Of a stretch of DNA of 54,721 bases, positions 19,030 through 28,325 are shown one piece after another. The translations under genes and the position numbers were made by a program. Within the stretch, counting starts at the first letter, position 1; every line of letters begins with the position of its first letter. Below the pieces are notes generated by a model. The model was given only the letters and a program-made list of their open reading frames with translations, made no database searches and was not told the DNA's origin. This DNA is from Dehalococcoidia bacterium. GTDB taxonomy: Bacteria > Chloroflexota > Dehalococcoidia > DSTF01 > JACRBR01. The DNA lies in NCBI GenBank assembly GCA_041494685.1, contig JBGQBE010000017.1, positions 1 through 54,721 of the forward strand, read 5' to 3'.

Positions 19030-19644
19030 ATGGCGCGTGTATACCGGCTGGGCAAACGGGGGATCGCGGCGGCGGAGACGCGGCAGCGGATCATGGATGC
19101 CGCCCGCGAGCTGCTGTTCACGACGGAGCTGCGCGAGCTGAGCTTGCACGACGTGGCGGCAGACGCCGGCGTCACCCGCTCGACGATCTACCAGCAGTTC
19201 GGTTCCAAGGGCGAGTTGCTGCTCGCCGTCGTCAACGACGCGCTCGACCGCGCGGACGTACAGCGCGTCCGCAAGGTGCTGCAAGACCCCGACGCCGCGA
19301 CTGCCCTGCGCGGCCTGATGCGCGAGTCGACGCGCTTCTGGGCGGGGGAATACGCGCTCTTCAGCGGCGTCAAGCGGCTGGCTCTTGTGGACCCGGCGAT
19401 CGCGCACGTCGATCAGACGAAGGAAGGCGTGCGGCAGGGACACATCACGAACCTGATCGGCCGCCTCGTGCAGCAGGGCAGTCTCCGGCCGGAGTTGAGC
19501 GAGGAACGCGCGGCCACGATGCTGAACCTGCTGGTGAGCTACGAAACCTACGACCAGTTGCGCACGCGCCACCGGCTCTCGCTGAACAAGATCGTCGCGA
19601 CGCTGACGGAGATGGCGGAGCGGACGCTGCTGCCGGACGCGTGA
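19030..19644 (+). CDS. TetR/AcrR family transcriptional regulator
   Basis: LSLHDVAADAGVTRSTIYQQFGSKGELL helix-turn-helix. Confidence 0.9.
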   Translation: MARVYRLGKRGIAAAETRQRIMDAARELLFTTELRELSLHDVAADAGVTRSTIYQQFGSKGELLLAVVNDALDRADVQRVRKVLQDPDAATALRGLMRESTRFWAGEYALFSGVKRLALVDPAIAHVDQTKEGVRQGHITNLIGRLVQQGSLRPELSEERAATMLNLLVSYETYDQLRTRHRLSLNKIVATLTEMAERTLLPDA

Positions 19645-19649
19645 CTACG

Positions 19650-19900
19650 CCTTCGGCGAGGTGCTCTGTCTCATTGAGGCGCACCAACGCCGCGACGGCC
19701 CGCGCGCTGAACTGCTTGCCGGAGCACGACAGGATCTCAGCGCTCCGGCCAGCAGCGGGCGCCGTCTCGGTGGCCGGACGGCGCCTGGCGCCGTGCGTTC
19801 TGATGCACGTCTGCCACGGGCGGGCGCTCCCGGGAGCGGCGCACACCCTCGCTGCCCGGACCCGGGCCAACCGCCGGCGAAAGCCTGGTGGCAGCGGCGG
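19650..19900 (-). pseudogene. Degenerate remnant of an HD-GYP domain C-terminus
   Basis: Three motifs in three frames in the expected order and spacing: RCHQAFAGGWP, VADV, EILSCSGKQFSARAVAALVRL. Confidence 0.5.
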
Positions 19901-19926
19901 CCCGGTTCCGGCGCTCCCCTACGCGC

Positions 19927-20955
19927 CTATGCCGGGGCTTCCGTGCTCTGGTGAGCGCCCGGGCGCGTGGTACGGGCGACGATCCGGCCGGCAAGCCCCA
20001 GCAATCCGGCGACGAATCCCAGCCCGTACGAGAGATGCAGACACGCGAAGACGGCCGGAAGTGGTGGGAGGAGCCGCCAACCGTGTCGCAAGGCCAGGGC
20101 GAGAGATGCAATGGCGGCGGCGCCAGCATACACCCCCAGCAGGGCCTTGAGCGCACCCGTGCGGCCGAACATCGCGAGCGCGGCCGAAATTGTGAGGGCG
20201 ATGACGAGCGCGGCAGGCGCAAGCTGGCGCGGCTGGGCCTGCGCGGGGTGGCGGCGCAGCACATCGGGCTTCGCGCGCCCGTACCCGAAGTATTGACGCC
20301 ACAGCCCCGGCAGGTCCCCGCGCACCGTGTAGCGCGCGCGGATGCCCGGCACGAGCAAGATCACGCCGCCGTGATCGCGCAAGCGGTAGTTGAACTCGTC
20401 GTCCTCGCCCTTGTCGATGTCCTCAGCGAAGCGGCCGACGCGCGCGAACACGTCGCGGCGACAGGCGCCAAACGCCACGGTGTCGGCGGGCCCTGCGCCG
20501 CCGGTGCGGAACGCCGCGCCGCCGACGCCGAAGCGCGACGACATGGCCGCCGCGATGGCCCGCCCCAGGTACGTGTCGCCTTCGCTCTCGAGGACGCCGC
20601 CCACGCAGTCGGCGCCGGTGTCGGCGAGCGCCTGGACGCTGCGTGCGAGAAAGTCGGGCGCGACGGACGCGTGACCGTCGATGCGCACGATCACCTCACC
20701 CCGCGCCGCATCGACGCCGACGTTGAGCGCGGCGGCGGTGCGCCGCGCCGGGTTGCCCAGCAGGCGCAGGTCCACGGTGGACTCAGCGGCGAAGCGGGCG
20801 ACGATCTCGCGGGTGCGGTCGTCCGACTCGCCGTCGATGACCAGCACTTCGAAGCGGTCGCGCGGGTACGTCTGCGCGGCGATGCTGTACAGGCAGCGCT
20901 CGACATAGCGCTCTTCGTTGCGCACAGGGACGAGGACGGAGACGAACGGCTGCAT
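19927..20955 (-). CDS. Glycosyltransferase family 2 (ExoA-like)
   Basis: VSVLVPVRNEE, VIDGESDD, RIDGH, GEDDEFNYRL and QYFGYG; C-terminal TM segments. Confidence 0.92.
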   Translation of the reverse strand: MQPFVSVLVPVRNEERYVERCLYSIAAQTYPRDRFEVLVIDGESDDRTREIVARFAAESTVDLRLLGNPARRTAAALNVGVDAARGEVIVRIDGHASVAPDFLARSVQALADTGADCVGGVLESEGDTYLGRAIAAAMSSRFGVGGAAFRTGGAGPADTVAFGACRRDVFARVGRFAEDIDKGEDDEFNYRLRDHGGVILLVPGIRARYTVRGDLPGLWRQYFGYGRAKPDVLRRHPAQAQPRQLAPAALVIALTISAALAMFGRTGALKALLGVYAGAAAIASLALALRHGWRLLPPLPAVFACLHLSYGLGFVAGLLGLAGRIVARTTRPGAHQSTEAPA

Positions 20956-21212
20956 GCGCCGAACGTAGCACGTTTCGGGGGTCGTCAGCTATGGCAGGTG
21001 GCGGCGGCACGCTCCGTCCGGTGCGTGCCCGGCCAACGAAGCAGCCGCGCCTCGGCGCGTCCTTGACAGGCGCATGCGGGGACTTGACGGGCGCGCGGGA
21101 GGGCCGTTCCTGTCGTCTGTCCCCGCCCTTTTCCTATGTAGACGAAAGGTCTGAGTGCCGCCGGGCACCGTGCTACCATACGGGCGGGCGCATTGCCGGA
21201 GGTTGGCGTGCG

Positions 21213-21557
21213 ATGCTCGTGACCCGGATTGGCTACCTGCTCATCATCGGCGTGGTCGCTACGGCCGCCGCCGCCGTCATGATCGTGCTGCGGCCGAGCA
21301 CCGCGTCGCAGCCGCCCGCGCTCGACTTCCAGCAGGTCGTGAACTACAGCCGCTACGGCGTGGTCGAGCGGATCGATGTGAAGGGGCAGACGCTGACGGT
21401 GCGGTTCCGCGACGATTTCGACACGCAGTCCCAGCTTGGCATCAGTGACAAGGTCTTCGAGGCCGCCGTCCCGGCCGGGCGCGACATCACCACCGCACTC
21501 ACGGAGGCAGGCGTCCCGTTCAACGTCGCGGGCGGATTGCAGGTCGTCGCCCGGTGA
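21213..21557 (+). CDS. Small membrane protein resembling the FtsH extracellular N-terminal region
   Basis: GGAGG SD and N-terminal TM, then LDFQQVV...VERIDVKGQTLTV...ALTEAGV; stop overlaps the next start (GTGA). Confidence 0.6.
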   Translation: MLVTRIGYLLIIGVVATAAAAVMIVLRPSTASQPPALDFQQVVNYSRYGVVERIDVKGQTLTVRFRDDFDTQSQLGISDKVFEAAVPAGRDITTALTEAGVPFNVAGGLQVVAR

Positions 21558-22714
21558 ACGAGCACGAGGGGTTCCTCCCGTACAACCTGCCCGACATCTC
21601 CGATACAGAGATCAACGCCGTCGTCGAGACGCTGCGCTCCGGGTGGCTGGCGCCGGGTCCGCGCGTGAAAGCGTTCGAGGCGGCGTTCGCCGCGTACACG
21701 GGGGCGAAGCACGCGATCGCGCTCGACTCCGCGACGGCCGGCATGCACCTGGCGCTCATCGCCAGCGGTATCGGCCCCGGCGATGAGGTGGTCACGACGC
21801 CGACGACGTTCGCCGCGACGGTCAACACGATCATCCACGCCGGCGCGACGCCGGTGCTCGCCGACATCCGCATCGACGACTACTGCATCGACCCGGAGGC
21901 GATCGAGCGGGCGATCACGCCGCGCACGCGGGCGATCATGCCGGTGCACCACGCGGGGACGGCCTGCCGCATGGATGAGATCCTGGAGATCGCGCGGCGG
22001 CACCGCCTGGCTGTGATCGAGGATGCCGCGCACGCGCTGGGGACGTACATCGGCGAACGCAGCGTCGGCGTCTTCGGCGACGCGACGGTGTTCAGCTTCT
22101 ATCCGACGAAGAACGTCACGTCCGGCCGCGGCGGCATGCTGACGACGGACGACGACGCCCTCGCCGAGCGCTGCCGCGTGCTGTCGTTGCACGGCATGAG
22201 CAACGACGCGTGGGACCGCTACACGGAGCGCGGCTCGTGGGCGTACCGGGTGCTGGCGCCCGGCTACAACTACGCCATGACGGATTTCCAGGCGGCGCTC
22301 GGCCATGCCCAGTTCTCGCGTCTCGGCGAGTTCCAGCGCGTGCGCAGACATCTCGCACAAATGTTCAGCGAGCGGCTGGGGCGCTTGCCGCAACTGGTGC
22401 TGCCTGTCGAGCGCGAGGGTACGACGCACGCGTGGCACCTGTACGTGGTGCGGCTGCGCCCCGAGGCGCGTACAATCTCCCGAGACGAGTTCATCGTCGC
22501 GATGAAGGAGCGGGGCATCGGCACCTCGGTGCATTTCATCCCGATCCATCATCATCCGTACTACAGGGAGACGTACGGCTGGGCGCCGGGGGATTTCCCG
22601 GTGTCGGACCAGGCGTACGAGACGATGGTGTCATTGCCGTTATACACGCGCATGACCGAAGCTGAAGTCGACCGCGTCGCCTCGGCGGTCGAGGAGATCG
22701 TGCAGGGTCAGTAG
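21554..22714 (+). CDS. DegT/DnrJ/EryC1/StrS sugar aminotransferase
   Basis: SATAGMHLAL, IEDAAHALG, FSFYPTKN (PLP lysine), GYNY and HAWHLYVV. Confidence 0.95.
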   Translation: MNEHEGFLPYNLPDISDTEINAVVETLRSGWLAPGPRVKAFEAAFAAYTGAKHAIALDSATAGMHLALIASGIGPGDEVVTTPTTFAATVNTIIHAGATPVLADIRIDDYCIDPEAIERAITPRTRAIMPVHHAGTACRMDEILEIARRHRLAVIEDAAHALGTYIGERSVGVFGDATVFSFYPTKNVTSGRGGMLTTDDDALAERCRVLSLHGMSNDAWDRYTERGSWAYRVLAPGYNYAMTDFQAALGHAQFSRLGEFQRVRRHLAQMFSERLGRLPQLVLPVEREGTTHAWHLYVVRLRPEARTISRDEFIVAMKERGIGTSVHFIPIHHHPYYRETYGWAPGDFPVSDQAYETMVSLPLYTRMTEAEVDRVASAVEEIVQGQ

Positions 22715-22723
22715 GGCGTTCGG

Positions 22724-23314
22724 ATGCTGGTGAAGATCTTCGACACGGTGGTAGCCATCGTGGGGCTGACGTTGTTCCTCGTCACGTTCCCCATCATCGC
22801 GATTGCGATCAAGCTGGACTCGCGCGGCCCGGTGATCTACTCCCAGAAGCGGGTGGGCCTGAAAGGGAGGGTCTTCACCTTCTACAAGTACCGCTCCATG
22901 TCGCACGAGGGGCACAAGCCGTACGAGACGCCGAAGCTGAACCCGGAGGAGTTCCGCACCTTCGTGTTCGTCACACCGATGTCGCGGCTGACGCGCGTGG
23001 GGCGCCTGCTCCGCGCGACGAGCATGGACGAGCTGCCGAACTTCTGGAACGTGCTGCGCGGCGATATGCGCCTCGTCGGCCCGCGGCCGGAGATCCCGGA
23101 ACTGGTGGAGCAGTACCCGCCGGAGTACCACGCCCGGCACGATGTCAAGCCCGGCATCACGGGCCTCGCCCAGGTGAACGGCCGTGCCGACCTGACGTAC
23201 GAAGAGACGATGCAGTACGACCTCGACTACGTGAGGAATCACTCACTGGGACGCGATCTCTCCATCCTGTGGCGTACACTGCCAGCGGTGCTGACACGGA
23301 AGGGCGCCCGCTAG
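22724..23314 (+). CDS. Priming sugar (phosphoglycosyl) transferase, PglC-like small form
   Basis: YKYRSM, MDELPNFWNVLRGDMRLVGPRP and KPGITGLAQVNGR. Confidence 0.93.
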   Translation: MLVKIFDTVVAIVGLTLFLVTFPIIAIAIKLDSRGPVIYSQKRVGLKGRVFTFYKYRSMSHEGHKPYETPKLNPEEFRTFVFVTPMSRLTRVGRLLRATSMDELPNFWNVLRGDMRLVGPRPEIPELVEQYPPEYHARHDVKPGITGLAQVNGRADLTYEETMQYDLDYVRNHSLGRDLSILWRTLPAVLTRKGAR

Positions 23315-23380
23315 GCCAGACGGAGGCAGCGTTATCGATACCCCGGCCACTCTGACTCCGCCGCATCAGGCTGCTACGCG

Positions 23381-25288
23381 ATGAACCGCGCGCTCCCGCC
23401 GAGCCTGCGCGAGTTCGCGCGGCTGCTGCCGGTATTGCTGCTGGATGCGGCGGTGGTGCTGGCGGCGTATGCGGCGGCGCTGGCGCTCCGCTTCGACGGC
23501 GACGTGCCCGGCCAGTCGATCCGCTTCTTCGCGCAGGTGTCGTGGTTCATCGCGCTGGCGTACGTCACCGGCAACTTCTTCTTCCGCATCTACCGCACGT
23601 CCTGGAAGTACGCCGGCATCGTCGACGCCTTCAACCTGACGCTGTCGATCGGCCTCGTCTCGATCTTCCTGTTCGCCATCAACGCATTCCTCAGCCCGCG
23701 GCACATCCCGCTCACCGTGAACGTCGTGGCGCCGGCGCTGATGCTGATCGTGATGGGCGGCATCAAGTTCTGGCCGCGTCTGTGGGCCAGCCGCAACCCG
23801 TTCAGCGGCTATGACGCCGGCGTGAAGAACGTGCTGATCGTCGGCGCCGGACACACGGGCCAGTTGCTGGCGCGCGAGTTCCTGCAGAACCCGCGCTGGC
23901 AGTATCGCCCGATCGGCTTCGTCGACGACGACAAGAGGCTGAAGGGCGTGCGCATTCACTCCGTGACGGTGCTGGGCGACCGGCTGGACATCCCCGAGAT
24001 CTGCGCCGGCAAGCGCGTCGATCTCGTCGCGCTGGCGATCCCGTCCGCCGGCGGCGCGGTGATCCGCGAGGTCGTCGGCATCGTGCAGTCGACGCGCGTG
24101 CCCCTGCGCACGGTGCCGGGCCTGCGCGACCTCGTGCGCGACGAGGCCCAGGCGGCGCAGCTGCGCGAAGTGACGGTGGACGACCTCCTGGGCCGCGAGC
24201 AGGTGAACATCGACGCGGAACTGTGCGCGGCGACGATCCGCGGCAAGTCCGTGCTGATCACCGGCGCGGCGGGATTCATCGCGTCGGAACTTGCGCGGCA
24301 AGTCTTCGCGTTCGGGCCGGCCACGCTGCACCTGGCGGACGTCAACGAGACGGGGCTGTACGACCTGCAGCGCGACCTGGACGCGGACGATACCGACGCG
24401 CGTGTCCGCATCTGGTTGTGCAATATCGCGGACCGGACGCAAGTGGATGCGGTGTTCCAGCAGGCGCACCCGGACATCGTGTTCCACGCGGCCGCGTACA
24501 AGCACATTCCCGTCATGGAGGAGCACCCCGACGCCGCGTTCCGCGTAAACGTGCTGGGCACGCTGAACGTCTGCGCGGCCGCCGCCGGCTGCGGCGCGCA
24601 GAAGATGGTGTTCGTCTCGACCGACAAGGCCGTGAACCCCGACAACGTCTACGGCGCCACCAAGCGCATCGGCGAACTGCTGGTGGGTACGATGGGGCAC
24701 GACAGCCGCACGACGTACGCCGCCGTGCGCTTCGGCAACGTGATGGGCAGCCGCGGCAGCGTCGTGCCGCTCTTCCTGCGCCAGATCGAGCGCGGCGGCC
24801 CGGTGCTGCTGACGGATCCGGAGACAACGCGCTTCCAGATGGCGGTCGAAGAGGCGGCGGCGCTGGTGATCCAGGCGGCGTCGTTCGCCGACCAGGGGCA
24901 GATCTTCATCCTCGACATGGGCGAGCCGATCCGCACCGCCGACCTGGCCGAGAAGATGATCCGGTTGAAGGGACTGGAGCCCGGCCGCGACATCCAGATC
25001 GTCTACACGGGCCTGCGCCCCGGCGAGAAGCTGCACGAGGAGCTGGTGGGCGCGTCTGAGAAACTGCTGAACACCCACCACCCGAAGATCCAGCTCACGG
25101 CGGCGCGCCCGCCTGTCTCGCGCGACGAGCTGGTGGACAAGATCACCGAGATGCACCTCCATCCGCCGCGCAGCGGCGCCGAGATCGCGGCCCGGCTGCA
25201 CGCACTCGCGCGCATCGACCTGCGCGACACCGGCGAAGAGCTGCCCTCCGACGCCCGCAGCGTGGACGCCCGCGACCGCGGCGCCTGA
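23381..25288 (+). CDS. Membrane NDP-sugar 4,6-dehydratase (CapD/PglF/WbpM family)
   Basis: N-terminal TM helices; DDLLGRE, GAAGFIAS, HAAAYKH, STDKAVNP, YGATK, RFGNVMGSRGSV and GLRPGEKL. Confidence 0.93.
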   Translation: MNRALPPSLREFARLLPVLLLDAAVVLAAYAAALALRFDGDVPGQSIRFFAQVSWFIALAYVTGNFFFRIYRTSWKYAGIVDAFNLTLSIGLVSIFLFAINAFLSPRHIPLTVNVVAPALMLIVMGGIKFWPRLWASRNPFSGYDAGVKNVLIVGAGHTGQLLAREFLQNPRWQYRPIGFVDDDKRLKGVRIHSVTVLGDRLDIPEICAGKRVDLVALAIPSAGGAVIREVVGIVQSTRVPLRTVPGLRDLVRDEAQAAQLREVTVDDLLGREQVNIDAELCAATIRGKSVLITGAAGFIASELARQVFAFGPATLHLADVNETGLYDLQRDLDADDTDARVRIWLCNIADRTQVDAVFQQAHPDIVFHAAAYKHIPVMEEHPDAAFRVNVLGTLNVCAAAAGCGAQKMVFVSTDKAVNPDNVYGATKRIGELLVGTMGHDSRTTYAAVRFGNVMGSRGSVVPLFLRQIERGGPVLLTDPETTRFQMAVEEAAALVIQAASFADQGQIFILDMGEPIRTADLAEKMIRLKGLEPGRDIQIVYTGLRPGEKLHEELVGASEKLLNTHHPKIQLTAARPPVSRDELVDKITEMHLHPPRSGAEIAARLHALARIDLRDTGEELPSDARSVDARDRGA

Positions 25289-25343
25289 CAGGTTCGCCCG
25301 CCACTACCCCCGGCAACAAGCAGATAACGTGTCAAGCGACGTG

Positions 25344-25374
25344 ATTGCAATTGTTAAATTGACGCTGCTATACT
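25344..25374 (+). promoter_or_regulatory. Probable promoter of the small zinc-ribbon gene
   Basis: TTGCAA-N18-TATACT with an extended -10 TG, inside an AT-rich patch. Confidence 0.5.
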
Positions 25375-25447
25375 CGCGGCACTTTCTGCGGGGGAGCCGC
25401 CCGGACGGGATGCCGGGTTGCTGCGCGGGTGGTGGAGGTGGGACCGG

Positions 25448-25660
25448 ATGGATATTTCGAGTTTCCCGAAGTGTCAGAAGTGCAAGCAGGGAGACCTGGT
25501 GCCGCTGTCTGACTTCGGAAGCCAGGGCGCGGCGATTCACTTCAAGGCGTGGGCCTGCACGAACCCGGAGTGCGGCTTCAACATCAAGATCCGCAACGGC
25601 GATCTCTACATCGACGAGCCGATCGCCAGCGGCGCGCTGCACAGCCCCCGCGTCCGCTGA
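25448..25660 (+). CDS. Small zinc-ribbon-like hypothetical protein (70 aa)
   Basis: CQKC...CTNPEC cysteine pairs; GGAGGT SD; host-like codon usage. Confidence 0.8.
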   Translation: MDISSFPKCQKCKQGDLVPLSDFGSQGAAIHFKAWACTNPECGFNIKIRNGDLYIDEPIASGALHSPRVR

Positions 25661-25675
25661 CGTCGCACCGAGGCG

Positions 25676-26653
25676 CTAACCGCCGCCCGCCTGCGTCACC
25701 AGGTTGCGCAGCTTCTTGCCCGCGACGAACCGCGCCAGGTTATCGAGGAAGATCGCCATCGACCGCTCCATGTTGAGCGGGCTGAAGCCCGAGTTGTGCG
25801 GCGACACGACGACGTTCGGCAGGTCCCACAGCGGCGAGCCGGCCGGCAGCGGCTCCACGTGAAACACGTCCAGGCAGGCGCCGGCGATCCAGCGCTCCCG
25901 CAGCGCGCGCACCAGCGCCGCCTCGTCGACGACGCGGCCGCGGGCAACGTTGATCAGCGTCGCCGAGGGCTTCATCGCACGCAACTCACGCTCGCCGATC
26001 AACCCTTCGGTCTCCTTCGTCAGCGGGCACGCCAGCACGACGAAGTCGCTCCGCTTCAACAGCGCCGGCAGACGCCGCGTCGGCAGCATCTCGTCGACGT
26101 AGCGCGCGGGCTTGCCGGAGCGGCGCACGCCCAGCACGCGCATGCCGAACGCGTGCGCCAGCCGCGCCACCTCACCGCCGATCGCGCCCGTGCCGACGAT
26201 GCCGGCCGTCTGGCCCGTCAGCTCCGACGTGGCGACCGGCTCCCACACGTGGCGGCCCTGCTGCTCGCGCCACTCGTCGATGCGCTTCGTCCGGTAGAGC
26301 ATCATCGCCAGCACGTACTGCGCGATCGACGGCGCGGACGCGCCCGACGAGTTGGTGAGCAGCGTGCCGCGGTCGATCAGCACCTGGAAGACGGGCGAGT
26401 CGACGCCGGCGCTGAAGGTGTGGAACCAGCGCAGCCCCTCGATGGCGAAGAGCGCCGGCAACACGGCGCGCCGCTGCTCCGGATCCTGCCAGAAGTCCTC
26501 GGAGAAGCAGCAGACCTCCGCGCGGGCGGGGTCGCCGCGCCACGTCAGGGCGCCATCGCGCACCGACGGCACAACGAGCGTCGCACCCGGCGCCGCCGCG
26601 CGGATGCGCGCGCCGTACTCGCGCGCCACACGTGGAGAGACGATCACGTTCAC
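25676..26653 (-). CDS. D-2-hydroxyacid dehydrogenase
   Basis: GIVGTGAIG, NVARG, LDVFHVEPL and SPHNSG. Confidence 0.92.
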   Translation of the reverse strand: MNVIVSPRVAREYGARIRAAAPGATLVVPSVRDGALTWRGDPARAEVCCFSEDFWQDPEQRRAVLPALFAIEGLRWFHTFSAGVDSPVFQVLIDRGTLLTNSSGASAPSIAQYVLAMMLYRTKRIDEWREQQGRHVWEPVATSELTGQTAGIVGTGAIGGEVARLAHAFGMRVLGVRRSGKPARYVDEMLPTRRLPALLKRSDFVVLACPLTKETEGLIGERELRAMKPSATLINVARGRVVDEAALVRALRERWIAGACLDVFHVEPLPAGSPLWDLPNVVVSPHNSGFSPLNMERSMAIFLDNLARFVAGKKLRNLVTQAGGG

Positions 26654-26690
26654 GCCCCCAGATTACCGGGGCCGCGCCCGCGGTTACAGC

Positions 26691-26753
26691 AGTTTGCTCG
26701 GCACTTTTCGCTGTTTCTGCGCGGCGGAGTTTGCTCGGCACTTTTCGCTGTTT
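26691..26753. repeat. Direct repeat, 2 x 26 bp with 37-bp period
   Basis: AGTTTGCTCGGCACTTTTCGCTGTTT at 26691-26716 and 26728-26753. Confidence 0.9.
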
Positions 26754-26802
26754 TCCGCGCGGTGTCTGCCGTCGCCCGTCAGACTGGGCGGGCGGGTTGT
26801 CT

Positions 26803-28011
26803 TCACACGGCCTCAAGCTGGCGCCGGATGAATTGATCCAAGAGCGGTACGGCGAGCGAGTACTTGCCCCAGCGGTTCTTGTAAACCAACCCCGCATTGC
26901 AGAGCGATGCGAGCATTTGGTTGACGTGACTGCTACTGAAGGGCTTTTCTAGCACGACTCGCGACTTCTCGACTATTTCCTGGACTGTAAACTCGGAAGT
27001 GCACGTGTCGAGACGCGCAATCACGCCCATGAGATCACGTTGTCGGTCAGTAGCCCTCGCCCATCTCCCAGAGAAGAAATCGGTGTCAAGCTTCTGCATG
27101 ATCTCCGTGACTGGGACAGGATGAGGCTTCACGCCTGGCTCCGCGTTCTGGCTCCAAATATCGAACACCTCGCGGCACACATACTGGATGAAATAGGGAT
27201 AGCCCAGCGTGATCTTGTAGATGGTCTCGACCGACTCCGCCGTAAACTTCACAGGGCAACGCGCGTCAGTTATGGGCTTCAAGACCGCCTCGTTGGTGTC
27301 CTCTCGATTCAGCTTATCTAACGCAATGACGTGAAACATCCGCTCCGCGAACGTCCTCGCCTCAACGAGTTTCGGAAACAACGTTGGGAGCCCGGTCAGT
27401 ACAAGCATGAAGCGGATACCCTTTCGTTGGATTGACTGGAACGTGTCCAGTAGCAACGAGAGAGGGTACTCCTCCTTCTCGGCGTGGTCCGCGAGATTTT
27501 GCGCCTCATCGTAAGCGAAGATCACGCCACGATTCGGCATGTGCTTAGCAACTGTCTCAAGCACGGCCTTCAGCTTGTCCGCCGCGAGTCCCGGCGTCCG
27601 CTCCCAGATGCTACGAAGGCTGTGGAAATCTAGCGTGCGTTGGACATTCGCCACCTTAGAACCGAGCCCCAACTGCGTCGTCGTCTCTACTCCGGTTACG
27701 ACCGACGACGTGACCACTGCCAGGTCCGTCAGCAATCGAATCGCGAGACTCGACTCAGTCACGCTACTTGACTCGGACAAGTCAGTTCCAACCCAGAGCC
27801 AGCCTTCGCGAATCGCCAGCGGCTTCAGCGTTTCCAGCAGAACGGTCTTTCCCACCCCGCGTAATCCGGTCAGCACGAGATTCTGCAGTATGGTTTCCTG
27901 TGCGAGGAACTTGGCGAATTCCCTCTTCTCTTTTTCGCGGCCTGCCAAGTAAGGCGGCATATGGCCTGCGCCCGGCCTAAACGGGTTGTCAAATGCGGTC
28001 TGTGCAGCCAT
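26803..28011 (-). CDS. P-loop AAA-type ATP-binding protein with probable C-terminal winged helix
   Basis: NPFRPGAG..PPYLAGRE, Walker A GLRGVGKT, Walker B FAYDEAQ and GYPYFIQ; visibly lower GC than its neighbours. Confidence 0.88.
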   Translation of the reverse strand: MAAQTAFDNPFRPGAGHMPPYLAGREKEKREFAKFLAQETILQNLVLTGLRGVGKTVLLETLKPLAIREGWLWVGTDLSESSSVTESSLAIRLLTDLAVVTSSVVTGVETTTQLGLGSKVANVQRTLDFHSLRSIWERTPGLAADKLKAVLETVAKHMPNRGVIFAYDEAQNLADHAEKEEYPLSLLLDTFQSIQRKGIRFMLVLTGLPTLFPKLVEARTFAERMFHVIALDKLNREDTNEAVLKPITDARCPVKFTAESVETIYKITLGYPYFIQYVCREVFDIWSQNAEPGVKPHPVPVTEIMQKLDTDFFSGRWARATDRQRDLMGVIARLDTCTSEFTVQEIVEKSRVVLEKPFSSSHVNQMLASLCNAGLVYKNRWGKYSLAVPLLDQFIRRQLEAV

Positions 28012-28020
28012 TTTGATGAG

Positions 28021-28076
28021 CCTCCCTAAATTAAGTCTGGAGCGTAACTCTAACGCAGCTTTGGAATCCTTGTCAA
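28021..28076 (-). promoter_or_regulatory. Promoter and SD of the AAA ATPase
   Basis: TTGACA (28071-76)-N18-TAGAGT (28047-52) and GGAGG (28021-25) on the minus strand. Confidence 0.6.
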
Positions 28077-28091
28077 GCTGTTTATCTAATT

Positions 28092-28325
28092 TTAGTCTAT
28101 TGGCTCATTGCCTGTTAGCATTGCCGGCCGCTCTTTCAATTTCCTCCTGCGGTCGGTATGGCTGACGCGATAGAGCTCCAGAAGCTGTTCGCGATAGAAG
28201 AATGGGTGTGACTGTCCTCGCGCCGTGATGATGTCTCCCCACCGACCTGGACGAATCACCTCTCCCGGTACGAGCCTACTCTCGCGAACATGCCAAAGAG
28301 CCAAAGCTGCCTCCGGGGGCTTCAT
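28092..28325 (-). pseudogene. Truncated gene remnant, possibly DUF2441-like N-terminus
   Basis: LWHVRESRLVPGEVIRPGRWGDII...FFYREQLLELYR followed by a short tail and stop; family assigned from memory only. Confidence 0.4.

Noticed and set aside
26691..26753. Mini CRISPR array
   Set aside because: Only two copies with an 11-nt gap, too short for a spacer, and no cas genes; the repeats at 11-415 are coding.
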